A stretch of DNA of 64,000 nt from Mobula hypostoma (Eukaryota): NCBI RefSeq assembly GCF_963921235.1, contig NC_086108.1, positions 32,676,001 to 32,740,000 on the forward strand. The letters are read 5' to 3'. The notes below the pieces were generated by a model. That model worked only from the letters and a program-made list of their open reading frames with translations, was not told the origin of the DNA and made no database searches. Below are positions 22,752 to 36,270 of the stretch, piece by piece. The position numbers were made by a program, and so were the translations under genes. Every line of letters begins with the position of its first letter. The stretch's first letter is position 1.

Positions 22752-25700
22752 TGTTGTGTTCTGTATATGTACTGTGGGTTACTAAGAACAAACCATATTC
22801 TGGAAGAATTAAAACTAGAACTTTTATTTACAACAGCAAACAGCAACCATGTTTTTACCATACAGTTTCTAGATCATTCTGTCATTTCTGCGCATGCTCT
22901 GAACTCTGTCCAATCACATTCTTACATGTGACGCGTGATATCACCACTTCTTCCTTTCCTTAAAAATAAAAACAATTAGCAACAATAATTACAACAAATG
23001 CATTCTTTAACATGTCTCTATCAGCCTCTCTGGGGGTTTATGAACATGAGTAGACCTTTGAAGTGGTTCACACAGTTCTTGTGTTTCGTTGTTATTTTCA
23101 TGTGTTGTCTGGTCTGCAGCAGTTAACTGAAACTCTGAAGTTGGCTCTTTTTTGAGGTCTTTGCGATTTCTTCTTAACACTGCTCCTTCTTCTGTTTGGA
23201 CCATACATGATCTGGGTTGTATTTCTTCAAGTACTGTAGCTTTCTGTGTCCATGTTCTGTGTTCATTTTGTCTTGTAACCTCACTTCATCTCCTTGGTGC
23301 AGTTCAGGTAATGGACGAGAACATCTGTCAAAGTATGTTTTCTGCTTTGCTTTGTGTTCATCTTTCCATCTTTTCACTTGTTCACCTCCCTCTGTTCTCG
23401 GAAGACTCTCATCTATTGGCAGATTGGATCTTAAACGGCATCCCATCAAGAGCTGAGCAGGTGAAAATCCACATTCATGTAGAGTACTATGGTAGGCTAA
23501 CAAAGCTTTATAAAAATCACCTCCACTATCTTTTGCTTTGTGCATCAGTTTCTTGATTATCCCTACCGACTTTTCAACCAATCCATTGGACTGAGGGAAA
23601 AATGGACTAGATGTTGTATGAACAAAGCCCCATTCATGAGCAAAATGTCTCATACATTCACCATTGAATTGTGGACCATTGTCTGTGAAATCTTACCAGG
23701 TTCACCATGTCTGGAAAAAACTGATTTCATGCATGTAATTATGTTCTCTGTTGTTGTTCTGCTCAAACCGCACACTTTGGGATACAACGAGTAGTAATCT
23801 GTTATTAATAGATAATCTTTGTTGTCAGTTACAAAAAGATCAACGTCTACCTTCTGATAAGGTCTCTGAGGACTAGGATGTGGATGCAGTGGCTCCTTAG
23901 GGTTGTTAGGTTGGTATTTAAAGTATATTTAACAGGAAGACACCAGTTCTGCAATTTCTTAATTCATCCTGGGCCAAAACATCACTTCCCGCGACCTTCT
24001 CTTACACTTTTCGATACCTAGGTGGCCTTCATGAATTTTCCCAAGCATTTCTTTTTGGAGACTTTTAGGAATCACAATTTTGCTACCTTTGTACAATGTC
24101 CTATCCACAGCAGACAGTTCTGATCTGTGGTTCCAATAATCTTGTACTACTGAGGTACAGTCATGCCTATTATCTGGCCATCCATCCATCACCACTTGTT
24201 TTACCTGACTGAGAATTTTGTCCTCTGTCTCAAGACACAGCAGTCCCAACTTTTTGTGATTAACAGGTACAGTCTCTATGATCATATCAACGAATACCTG
24301 AACATCAATAGTGTCCCTGTGACCGTCTTTTGTTGTTGGATCCACGGCTCTGGAACGTGTCTCAGCCACGTACATGAATTTTCCAGGTGTGTATGACACA
24401 TTTCTTTGCAATTTGATCATCATTCTCTAAATTCGCAAAGGCCAGTCACTTAAAGGTTTGTGAAACAATGCAATCAGAGGCTTATGATAGGCTTCAACAT
24501 CAACACAAACTGATGAAATCTCTCACAAGCAAACATAATGCTGAGCAACTCTTTTTCAATGTGGGCATACGTTGTTTCTGGATCAGATAATGAATGAGGT
24601 GCATATGCCAGTGGTAGCTATTCCTGATCATGTTTTTGGAGTAATACTGCCCCTAAGCCTGCCTGAGATGCACACATGAGATTTTGATGTGTCTCTCAGC
24701 ATCACAGAATTTCAACACAGATTCCTTGGTGAGCACTTTCTTGAGATTTTGCCATGCCTTCTCCTGTTCATGATTCCAGTTCCATTCATTTTTCTTTTCT
24801 GTTAGCTACCTCAATGGAGCAAGCTGTTCCGAGAGATTGGATATGAATTTTCCCATATAGTTAACCATTCCCATAAACCTCTGAACATCCTTTTTACATT
24901 GCGGTCTTGGCATGTTCTCAATAGCAGAAACCTTCAATGGATCAGGACACACACCCTCATTGCTGATGATATCACCCACAAAGGCAAGTTCAGTCATCCC
25001 TAGCTGACATTTGTCTTTATTCAGCTTCAGGTTTGCATTGCGTGTTGCCTCTAAGACTTGTCTAAGTCTGGCTTCATGCTCTTGTTTAGATGATTCCCAA
25101 ACAATAATATCATCCATGGAAGTATCCACGCCCTCAATGTGCTCATACAGCATGTGAGTGGTTTTATGGTGCACTTCAGGAGCTGATGCAATTCCAAACT
25201 GAAGCCGAAGAAAACGGTATCTGGCAAAAGGAGTGTTAAGGGTACATAATTTTGAACTCGGTTCATCTAGTTTAAGTTGCTAGAATCCAGAGGATTCATC
25301 TAATTTACTAAAGTACTTTGCATTAGCAAACTGTGACATAATTCCTTCATGAGTAGGCAATTTGAAACACTCTCTTTTAATGGCTCGATTCAAGTCTCTT
25401 GGATCTAATCAAATCCTCAGTTTTCTATTTTTCTTATCAACAATAACAAATGAATTGACCCATTCAGTCGGGTTCATCAACTTTTTGTATGACTCCTAAC
25501 CGTTCCATTCTGTCAAGCTCTATTTTCAGTTGATCACGTAATGCAAAAGGTACTTTTCTACATGGATGTACTACGGGTGGCACTGTGTTGTCAATTTTAA
25601 TCGTGTGCTTTCCTGGAAGACAACCAAGCCCTTTGAACAAGTCCTCATACTCTTTCATCAAGTCACTTCTGATTCTGTGTCACCATCCAGGACTAAAACT

Positions 25701-27141
25701 CTTTTCACCAAATTCAGTCTCTCACAGGCAGATAAACCCAATATTAACTGTACATTCTTTGGCACCACCACAAATGAAAGCGTGTGCACCATATTTTTGT
25801 GTGATACTTTTGCCACACATGTTCCTTTAACTGGAATGCCCCTACCTGAATACCCAGTCACTTTCATATTTGTCTTACGTAACTTTGGTCTAGGCTTTAA
25901 TGCATCAAACTCAGATTCTGCAAGAACATTTGCTCGTGCTCCAGTATCCAATTTAAACAGAATAATGTTTTGGTTCACTTGTAATGGCATAGTCCAGTCA
26001 TTCTTACTTTGTTTGTTTTCACAAAGCACATCTATATAAAACTTCTCGCGTTCATTTTCAAGCACTGCATTTACGTGCTTTATTTCTTTCCTACTTCTGC
26101 AACAGCGTGAAAAATGATTACTCTTACCGCAGGTGTTTCACATTTTCCGATATGCTGGACACTTTTTTAGATGATGTTGCCATCCACAGCGATCACTAAG
26201 TTTTTTTTTCAGATGACGTCCTGCTCTCTGTCGGTTTCGTTGTCGCTGCATTATTTTTTCTAATATGTTCGCGCTTTACAGCGTCTAAACAGCCATTCTC
26301 GATAAAAAGTTCTTTTGCCTGTGACGTCACAGTCTCAGAAGCTTTGCACTGTGCCACAACTTTTTCCAAATTCTAATCTTGTTCTAACAGTCTTTCTCTC
26401 AGACCATTATCCAGAATGCCGCAAACAATTCTGTCTTTAACTAGAGAGTCTGTAAGCTCTGCAAACTCGCATCTTTTACTGTGGTTTCTCAACTCCGTAA
26501 CAAATTGATCAATCGTTTGACCAGGTCTCTGCCAACATTTGAAAAACCTATAGCGCTCATACGTCACATTACGCTTCGGTATACAAAATGCGTCAAATTT
26601 GTCAATTATCGCTTTTAGATTCAAATGATCTCCATTTTCAAAAGTAAAATGGTTATATACCTCAACTGCGTCGTCTCCTATTATGTGGAGTAGAATTGCA
26701 GCCTTAATTTTTTCTGTTTTATTATCTGCTTCTATTGCCGATAAATAAATTTCAAAACGCTGTTTAAATCTTTTCCAGCTTTCAGCTACGTTTCCAGTCA
26801 GCTGAAGCATCGATGGGGTTGCAAAACTTCCATTTTTAAAGCTGTTAGCAAACAATGAAAAAGTTTGCACTCTTTTTTTCGATTATCTTTGCTTCTCACA
26901 TGTTAGCAAAATGTATTATTCTTCCAGACCGACTTCTGACACCATGTTGTGTTCTTTATATGTACCGTGGGTTACTAAGAAGAAACCATATTCTGGAGGA
27001 ATTAAAACTAGAGCTTTTATTTACAACAGCAAACAGCAGCCACGTTTTCACCATACAGTTTCTAGATCATTCTGTCATTTCTGCGCATGCTCTGAACTCT
27101 GTCCAATCACGTTCTTACACATGATACGTGATATCACCACA
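22752..27141 (-). mobile_element. Full-length Ty3/Gypsy LTR retrotransposon, decayed
   Basis: 197-bp LTRs (22752-22948, 26945-27141), 5-bp TSD CTGTT, PBS TGGTGTCAGAAGT (26932-26944), polypurine tract beside the 3' LTR; gag (26373-26870), protease FKLDTGA, RT (SMDD for YMDD), integrase (HEGHLGIEKC; SSPFFPQSNGLVEK). Confidence 0.95.
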
Positions 27142-27646
27142 CTGTTGCTTGCTTTTATTGGTTGCACGATTTGTGTTTTTCTTCTCTCTCTGTGTTGTGG
27201 GTGCTTGTTGGTCCTTTTAAACATGGGTTCTTTCAGATTTCTTGTTTTTGTGGCTGCTTATAAGGAGCCGAATCCCAAGGTTGTCTAATTTACACATACG
27301 TTATTAATCGATGTAATTTGAACTTTGAAAGGGAGATATAAATTAGATCACAGTTCAGCAAAGGTAACTACAGAGGCATGAGAGAGTAGCCAGCCAGTTT
27401 TTTGGAAGGGAACGTTAGCAAGGATGATTGTGGAACTGCAGTAGCTCTGGTTTCTGTGAGTAATTTGGAATCAGGATTGGTCCATTGCAAAGAAGAAGTA
27501 TTCTAAGGGAAGGATAAGGGAAGGAAGTCAAAGAGAGGGTAAAAGAAATGGAGGGCATACAGTACAGTGAAAATTAGTGGGGTGCAAGAGGATTGGGATG
27601 CTTTTAAAAACCAATAGAAGGCAACAAAATAGCCATAAGGAGAGAA

Positions 27647-28315
27647 AAGACCATAAGACAGAGGTGCAGAATTAGGCCATTCAGCCCATTGAGTCTGCTC
27701 TGCCATTTCATCATGGCTGATCCATTTCCCTCAACTCCTTTGCTCTGCCTTCTCCCCGTAATCTTTCATGCCCTCACTAATCAAGAACCTATCAACCTTC
27801 CCCTTAAACACATGCAATGATCTGGCCTCCACAGCTGCTTGTGGCACTGAATTCCACGGATTCACCACTCTCTGGCTAAAGAAATTCCTCATCTCCGTTC
27901 CAAGTGGAAGTCCCTCTACTCTGAGGCTGTGCCATTTGGTTCTAGAGACCCCACAAAAGGAAACACCCTCTCCACTTCCACTCTATTAAGGCCTTTCAAT
28001 ATTTGATAGGTTTCAATGACATCCCCCCTTATTCTTCTAAATGTGAGCGAGTAAAGAACCAGAGCCATTAATCGCTCCTCATACGGCAAGCCTTTCATTC
28101 ACGGAATCATTCTTGTGAACATCCTCTGAACCGTCCCCAATGTCAGCACATCCTTTCTTAAATAAGGGGCCCACAACTGCTCGCAATACTCCAAGTGAGG
28201 CCTCATTGGTGCCTTTTAAATCTCAGCTTTACATCCTTGCTTTCATATTCTAGACTTCTCGAAATAAATGCTAACATTGCATTTGCCTTCCTCACCACCA
28301 ACTCACTGCAAATTA
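27647..28315 (-). mobile_element. CR1 LINE 3' fragment
   Basis: MKGLPYEERLMALVLYSL..RGDVIETYQILKG; (TCTTATGG)n-type tail. Confidence 0.85.
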
Positions 28316-28734
28316 AAGTGCTCCAATAGATGTTTCAAAATGCTGAACTGTTTAATTGTTATTACTGATATACATAAATTAAATGGATAGCAAATCCAAT
28401 AAAAAAATTCTTGTATATTGAGACCATATATCTTTAATTGAAATTTTCTACTTCTGTGTCCTTTCTTTCAAGGAAATCTTGCCCATCTACTAACTAGAAG
28501 ACCATACAGGAAATGGTAAAACATTGCTGATTGTATTGATAATCATATCGCAACTTCATAAAGCAGTACATTGATTATAAATGCAGAATTCAAGAGATAT
28601 AGAATAACAGCACATTATTTTCTGTGAAACATAGATAAACTTTATTATTAAAAAGTTCCAAAATAAGCTTTTATTGTAAAGGTTCATAGCAGAAATTAGA
28701 ATTAGTGAACATCTTGGGACTGGGTACGAATGCA

Positions 28735-29030
28735 GGAATGGCACAGTAGTGCAGGAGCTAGAACTGCTACCCTAGAGCTCCAGTAACCTAGGCTTAACCT
28801 TGACAGAGCTTTGTCAGTGTGGATCTCAGTCTCCCTATGACAAGATGGATTTCACACACACGTCCCAAATACCAAAGACAAGTTCATTGGCTACTATAAA
28901 TTGCCACTTTGCAAATCAGTGAGAGTTGATGGGCATGCAAGTGAGAATAGGTTAAAGATAAGTGGGGAGATTGGAATCAGGACCTAGAGACAGAACTGGG
29001 TCAAAGGACTGAATGGGCTATTTTGTGAAA
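28735..29030 (+). mobile_element. Old V-SINE-like SINE
   Basis: Degraded tRNA head (TGGCACAGTAG..), GTGGATCT..TCTCCCTATGAC, TAAATTGCC core. Confidence 0.45.
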
Positions 29031-29747
29031 TAAATAGACATGAAGTCAAGTCCTTCCAGATTTATAAAACAAATTTTATTAGATAAAATCTAAATCCCAA
29101 TTATTCCCTGTTTTATTTCTACTTTTACTCTTCAGAATAAATTTTGCCAATGATAACTTACATTAAATCTTAAAATCAAAGACAATCAAGAACCTCCCCA
29201 GCACCTTTACTTAATAACATTTTCCAATACTAGAACATTATTTGAATTCTACATTTCAATTTAACTGATTGACATGGTCATCAAATAAATAAAAATGTCA
29301 CAATTATTTTATATAGTTCAAAATCAAACCTTAAATCTGTACAACTATTCATAAAGTTGCTTTATACTCTGTTTATAAGGCCTTTTAACATAAAATGTTT
29401 AATTCAGAAACAGTTCAGAAATGTCAACATTTCTGCTGTATACTAGCCCCAATTCAATATTGTTTCAACCAGCCTCAATGTATTCTTTCCTGCTTCTTCT
29501 ATTCATATAGTTTCTCCTTACTTCACCTGTGCTGCCTCAAAGTGGAGACAAACAGGAGTAGATTGATGAGTAGAGTAGGAAATGGACCTTATCCATTTCT
29601 TTTACATAAATACCATAACCATTCCATATTTGTGAAACGTTAGACATAATAGCATACACTCCTCAGAAGATTGTGCATCTGCCCTATTTCAGAGACTAAA
29701 ACCTCAACACCACTGAAGTCTATCAGAATTAAAGAATGGGTGCAATG

Positions 29748-30845
29748 TCTTTCTTTTTCTTTTTCAATATTTTTATTAATTACTTGCATAGACGAATACA
29801 AAATACATTCTGGTATTATGGAAACAGAAACAAGATTGAATTTCCCCATAACTATGTATTGTAAATGAACCATAATATTGAAAAGGTATATTTTATTCTA
29901 ATCTAAAGCAAAATCAAAACCCCATAACAAAATAGAAACAAAAAAAGAGAGAAAAAAAACAGGAAAAAAAACCATCTGGTTAAAAGGAAAGAAAAAGAAA
30001 TCTCTGACATATAGTCATAAATTCAAACATATAATAGCCATCATCATTGCTGAACAAATCGAAAATTGTGAAAGTAGTTCCAAAAAGGTCCCCATAATGT
30101 GAAAAAATCTTGTCTAGGTATAGAAATAGAACACCTAATCTTCTGTAGATTTAAACATGACATAACATCAACCAACCAATGGGCATGAGTAGGCGGAGCG
30201 GCATCTTTCCATTTAAGCAACAAAACTCTTCTGGCTAAAAGAGAAATAAAAGCCAAAATATGCAAATCATTCGGCTTAAGAGTAAAATCATTTCCTCCAA
30301 CAATGTCAAATAAGGCAGTCAGAGGGTTGGGTTTAAAGTTTACTTTAAAATGCTCCGAGAAAGTTTGAAATACTTCTTTCCAAACTTTATCAAGCCATGA
30401 GCAGGACCAAAACATATGAATTAGAGAGGCCTCTTTGACATTACACCTACTACAGTATGGAGAAAAATCTGAGTAAAAACAAGAGAGCTTATCTTTAGTC
30501 ATATAGGCTCTATGAACCACTTTAAATCGTAAAAAAGAGTGACACGCACATGACGAAGAGGTGTGAACAAGTTTAAAATTTCATTCCAAGTATCCTCATC
30601 AATTGAAATCTGTAGGTCATGTTCCCAGAGGTTTTTAATTTTGTCTAACGGAATGTTTCTCAATGCCAACAACATATTATAAATATTACATATAGATCCA
30701 TTATGAAAAGGTTTCAAAGTAAAAATTGTACCAATTAAATTCTTATCTGGACATTTAGAAAATATATAAAGTTGAGAACACAAGAAGTCTCTAATTTGTA
30801 AGTATCTAAAAAAGTGAGGTTTATGAAGACTATATTTAATAGGTG
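29748..30845 (-). mobile_element. L1-clade LINE 3' fragment
   Basis: HFFRYLQIRDF and CSRC..EASLIHMFWSC (C-terminal CCHC knuckle); A-rich tail with AATAAA at the left end. Confidence 0.85.
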
Positions 30846-30859
30846 CAATGTCAAAGGCT

Positions 30860-32132
30860 AACTTCTTCAAATGAGATTAAACCAAGGCTCCATGAGTTGT
30901 AATACGAAAAATGAAGGTAAGCTAGCCAATCATATAAAAAGGTTTCCAAAAGGATTTTCATGTATGTAAAGACTAAGAGAGACATGACTGGACATTGGAC
31001 TGTTGACAAATGACATTGGAAAGGTAGTAATGGGGTACAAGGAAAGGATGGATGAAATGAGTAATTATTTTGCATTAGTCTTTACTGTGGAAGACACCAC
31101 CAGCATGTTAGAACTTCAAGAGTATTCAGGGGCAGAAGTGAGTGTATTTGCTCTTACTAAGGTGCTTGGAATGCTAAAAGGTCTGAAGATAGATAACTCA
31201 CTTGGACCAAATGGACTAAACTCCAGCGGTTTAAAAGAAGTAGCTGAAGTGATTGTGCAGGCATTATTAGTGAGATTCTGGAATGGTTCCATCGGACTGA
31301 AAATTTGCAAGTGTTTCTCCACTGTTTAAGAAAGGATGGAAGCAAAAGACAGGAAATTATAGGCCAGATGTTAACGTCCAATACTAACGATGAGGTTTCA
31401 GGGTACTTCAAGGCTTCCAATAAAGTAGGCCCAAGTCAACATGGTTTCCTTAAGGGGAATGCCTGACAAATCTGTTGCAATTCTTTGAGGAAATAACAGG
31501 CAGGAATAAAGGAGAATTAGTGAAAGTTATTTGTTTAGATTTTCAGAAGGCCTTTGACAAGGTGCCACAAACGAAGCTGCTAAATAAGATGAGTGCCCAT
31601 GGTATTACAGGAAAGATACTAGCATTGGCTGACTGGTAAGAGGCAAAGAGTGAGAATAAACTGGGCCTTTTCTGATTGGTTGCTGGTGACTAGAGCTGTT
31701 CCACAATGGTTGGTGTTGGGTCCATTACATTTCATGTTATATGGTAATGAACTGGATGACAGAACTGATGCTTTCTGGTCAAGTTTGTGAATGATACAAA
31801 TACAGGTAGAGGGGCAGGCAGTGTTGAGATAGCAGGTACTTTGAAAAAGACGTGGGCATATTAGGAGAATGGACAGAGAGGTGGCAGATGGAATACAGTG
31901 TCAGGAAGTGTATAGTCATCCACATCGGTAGAAGGAATAAAGTTGTGGACTATGTTCCAAGCTGGGAACAAATTCAGAAATCAGAAGTGCAAAGGACTTG
32001 GGAGTCCTTGTGCATATTCTTGCAAGTTAACTTGCAGGCTGAATCAGTGGTAAGGAAGGCAAATGCAATGCTAGCATTTATTTCAAGAGAACTAGAATAT
32101 AAAAGCAAGGATGCAATGCTGAGCCTTTATAA
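30860..32132 (+). mobile_element. CR1 LINE RT fragment
   Basis: NYFALVFTVED, LKEVAEVI, WQMEYSVRKCIVIHIG, SVVRKANAMLAFISRELEYK. Confidence 0.85.
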
Positions 32133-33400
32133 CGTCAGGTTTGCACAGACAGGCACTTCCCGATCTCCAGTCAACTGTCATGAGTCACCTACCATTTGTT
32201 TCCAGCTCATCACGTGCAGCCTATTTAAACCCAGCTCTCATCCACAGTCCTTGTTCACCAGTGAACCAGCCAGGCTCAATTAGTTGCACCTGACCTTCAG
32301 GTACCTTGTTGTCCAGTCATGTTCAGTATCTGTTCTCTCTTGTTTTGTGGCCCCACATGGCTTGATATTTTGGAGTTTATTATTAAAGTTATCACTTACT
32401 GCTAAGTCGTCTCTGCTGCTCTGCTTTTGGGTCAAGCCTTCTCTACGTTCCTTGAGAGGCTGAATGAACCAATGATTGACCCAACAGAGTTTGCCTGCCT
32501 AAAGGAAGTTGTTCATCAATGTGAGCACGTGATCTAGAAGGTGCAGGAAATCATTGACCAATGAGGAATTCACTGCTGAGATGCATCATGTTTTCAACCA
32601 TACGGGAAGTGGAATAGAGGCGGTGGATCAGATACTTCGCCTGCATTGAGGCTCATGCTCAGCGCTGGATTACACTGCGGAATTCAGGATCTTCATGGCA
32701 GAGTGCAGCTAGAACACAGACGTGCTGTGGCTTATTACTATCACGGACTCTTGGAGCACTTGAAAGATGAGCTGTCTACCCGGGAGATGCTCTCCGACCT
32801 CGAAAGCCTCATCACTCCGGCCCTCCATATTGACAGGTGTGTTGTGGAATGACCCTCCAGATTACCAGCCAGAATCCCAGTTCCATTCCCAGAACCATTC
32901 CAGGCTGCAGGCCCCTCATCAGCAATGCCCCTAGAACCCATGTAGTTAGGGAGAGTTCCCTTAACCCCAAGAGCGTGAGGACCAGAGAAGAAATAATTTG
33001 TGTGCCTACTGTGGAAAAATGCATCAAGTGCCCACTACATCCAGGAAATGGCACCACCAGGTAGACACAAGGACCTGCTATCTGGTAAGATTTCTCTGTC
33101 GCCTTCTTCCAGCTCCATAGCCCCACTCACTGTCTGTATCTTCCTCCACACCCCGACAGTTCTACGCACACAGGAGGCTCTGGTGGATTCCAGCTCAGCA
33201 GGCAATTTTCTGGATTCTTTGTGCGCAACTCTGACTCCCTACTGAGCCTATTTCTCACCCCTTCTTCTTCACAGCCATTAACAGATGTCCCTTGGCATCT
33301 GGGATGGCCAGAGCATGCATCAGTTTTGTTGACAGAACTTGGAACAGAATGGGATAGATGTCAAGGAGGCCTATCACCACATGGTCTTCACCACTGTACC
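32133..33400 (+). mobile_element. Sushi/chromovirus-like Gypsy remnant (LTR, gag, protease)
   Basis: LTR-like 32133-32455 with TATTTAAA and ATTAAA; gag-like LKDELSTREM..LESLI..IDR; CAYCG knuckle remnant; protease ALVDSSSAGNFLD. Confidence 0.65.
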
Positions 33401-35921
33401 TGACTGTAATTTCTTAAAAAGGACTATGAGAATAGTATGAAGCTCTGAAGATGTAGTAAAAGCATATTCATTAGCAACTTACTAGAAGGAATTAGCTTGA
33501 AATAAAAACTGTAGATCACAGTCAGTAAAAATGATTATGGAGTGTGATAAATTGGACAGCTCTTTCAGCATGCAAAATATGTAAATGTATGGGCTAGACA
33601 TGAGGGGTCTTATTTTAGATCACATCAATATCACCTAGCCAGCTTCCCTGAACAATGAGATACACCTTAATCTTCATTCTCATCATCACAGTCATGAGCC
33701 TCACTTGTAAAATTGCAACTCCTACACAGGAACGATGGGGAGGGTCGGGCCAGTTTTGTAAGGCTTTTTCTGCATTTAGATAGCACCTTTAATGTAGTGA
33801 AATATCTGTAGGTGTGATGGTTTTGGGATCCCTGTGCACAAAGTACTAAATTCAAAGGAAGATTTTAAGCCCTATCCAATGAAGATAAAAGGGTAACCCT
33901 CACTATAGGGAGGTAATACAATATCCACCTATTCTTCAAGGACTAACTACTTCCCTGTCTAGCCTCTGCAGTGAGAACTTAGAAGCCAATACCCACTGCG
34001 TGAGTAGTTGGTGCCCCCTCCCTACCAAGAACAAGATACTTCCAGCTAACAGAGTAGTTTAAACAGTTATTTTATTTTTAATGTTACATATTTAGATACA
34101 GACACGTCATTCTTAACACACATTCATAGAGGATTTCTAATTTATAAAAGATTTACAAATTACAAAGGATTTTCAAACATAGGTACAATTCTGTCCAACT
34201 AGAAGAACACACCAATGAATTACAGACGAACAAATTGTCTGATGCAGAGAAAGAAGGCTGTGCAAGAAAGCAGACTTTAGCAATAAGCCTCTTAGGTACT
34301 GGGAAGTGAATATTCATCACATAGGCACTACACTATTTTGTTATCAGTCTATTTCAAGAAGATTTAGCAAAAAAGAACTACATTTAATCCTTATAATCCA
34401 GAGCACGAAAGTGAAAGCGAATTTCCTGCAATCATAAACAATTTAGGCAAGAAGTTGCTAAGAATACTCAAATTAATAATATAAAATGAATTTGTACTAA
34501 AATTTGACATAATTTGCAAAGGATCATATTTGGAAACTAAAATAAACATATCAGGACAAGAAGTGCAAAAGATTTGATCTTACTTATATTATGGTCTTAA
34601 AAGACTATAGACTATATCTCAGTGTTTACAACATGTACATTTGCAAGTTATTGTGATGTTCCAATTCTTTGAGTATTTTCAAATTATTAATACTTCCCTA
34701 TCATAATCCTTGTTTGCTGAATTAATCTTCCTCTGTGGATTTCACTGGGTCAACATTTACATCTTGAATCACTCCCTGAAAGAATTCTTCAGTACGGCGA
34801 GTGTGGCAAACTCAACCAAACTGACAGTTTGTGATACAATCTGATAACTTCTGCTACTGGGATAAAGTACAACTTCAGTGAACAAATTTGTAAATCCTTT
34901 TCCCAGAGTCAAGTATGAAAATAGAAAACCAGCAATGTTTCTGCACTAACTACTACGATTATAGGTCAATTGTAGACTGCATATGCTTCAACTATCAATT
35001 TAGTCTAATCTTTAGAAAATTAAGTTAGAGTTTTAAAATATTTGTAAATCTGAATATTATTAGGTAAACATCTTTCAGAATTAGCTTAACAATTCACAGA
35101 AATAAATATAGTACACTATTATACCATTTTTCAGTAAAATATACAATTAAGTTCTGTACTTTTCAGTAAGATCCATATTTGTCAGTAAGATCACAGCAAA
35201 ATTCCCAATTACAAGAGAAAGGTCTGGGATAAAACTGCCTAACTGGGCATTAGTTGATGGAGAAATGTTGGTCAGGATACAAAATGAATCCATGGACCAT
35301 GCTCCAGCCTTGGTCTGGGATTTGAGATTTAACAGTGTCACGTATGACCAACGCCAGCCAAACTTCCACTTCTGGGATAAAGTACAACTTTTGTGGAAAA
35401 GTGTGCAATTGCTTCTGGCACATTCAGATCAGCTCATGCTTGTTCACCTCGTTCATTTCCAAATTGCAAACTGCAAATGGAGCGCAGATCCCTCAGTCAC
35501 TCGTAACAACTCAGACAACTGGCTATGTCTAAAGGGATTTATTCAATGAATGTTAGATATTAGAATACAAAATTAGAGTTGTCTGAACAGTTAAAATGTG
35601 AATACACAGTTATTAAATGCCCAGCTATATATCTACAGTTCCGAAATGATAAAAGGACAATTTTAAAATTAGTGATTATAAAAAAAAAGGCACATTTTGC
35701 TCATTGAATGAGCAAAGGCTGTTTCTTGGCAAGATATTCCATTCAATATAAACAATAGAACTACACCTCAGGTTTGTTTCATTCAAAGCACCTGAGTTCT
35801 TTCAAAGTATAATCAATAACACAATTAGTTACAATTCATTTGAAACAATTGGATGTGAAACAATCTCCATTATTATTTGGGCGACACAGAAGCTGAACTG
35901 AACTCCTCGTTGGACTTCTGA

Positions 35922-36270
35922 CTAATAGAGAAATAGATAAACGCCACAGAGGGCCACCAGTATGGGCAAGAATTTCAGCAGGATTGGCCTAGAGGCATTC
36001 TGCTGACCACTAGGAACCACGCGCGTTTTAGTGGGCTTGATAGTGCGGTGCCACTGTGTCAAGATGGTTTCCCGGGCTTTTGGCCATTTTCCAGGTCCCA
36101 TCAATCGAAACTGGTAAGGTGAGCAGGGGCCAAAGAAAACGTTAAATGCCAACTGTGGATCACTGAGGAGGAGGTGTTTGATGTTGGGTTTCACACCGAT
36201 CAGCTCAGCTATCTCATCCATGTAGGGTATGAAATCGACTTGAATGGTGTGTCTTTGGGAGGTGACGTAT
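35922..36270 (-). CDS. fmo5: FMO5-like, last coding exon (exon 9)
   Basis: Acceptor AG at 36271-36272; (R)[39 protein letters not shown]..; hydrophobic C-terminal anchor; TAG at 35922-35924. Confidence 0.93.

Larger units (their letters stand above)
21885..27330 (+). mobile_element. Unclassified non-autonomous retroposon (21885-22751 + 27142-27330), host of the Gypsy insertion
   Basis: Starts ACTTCCGGTTTAAAATGGC, contains a 76-bp tandem array, ends in a (ACTTTGA)n-like tail; halves rejoin across the CTGTT TSD. Confidence 0.55.
21385..27645 (+). mobile_element. CR1 endonuclease-region fragment (21385-21872 and 27325-27645) split by nested insertions
   Basis: GVIYRSPNS motif; CR1 sequence resumes at ~27325 where it stopped at 21872 (compare 17790-17840). 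Confidence 0.7.
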
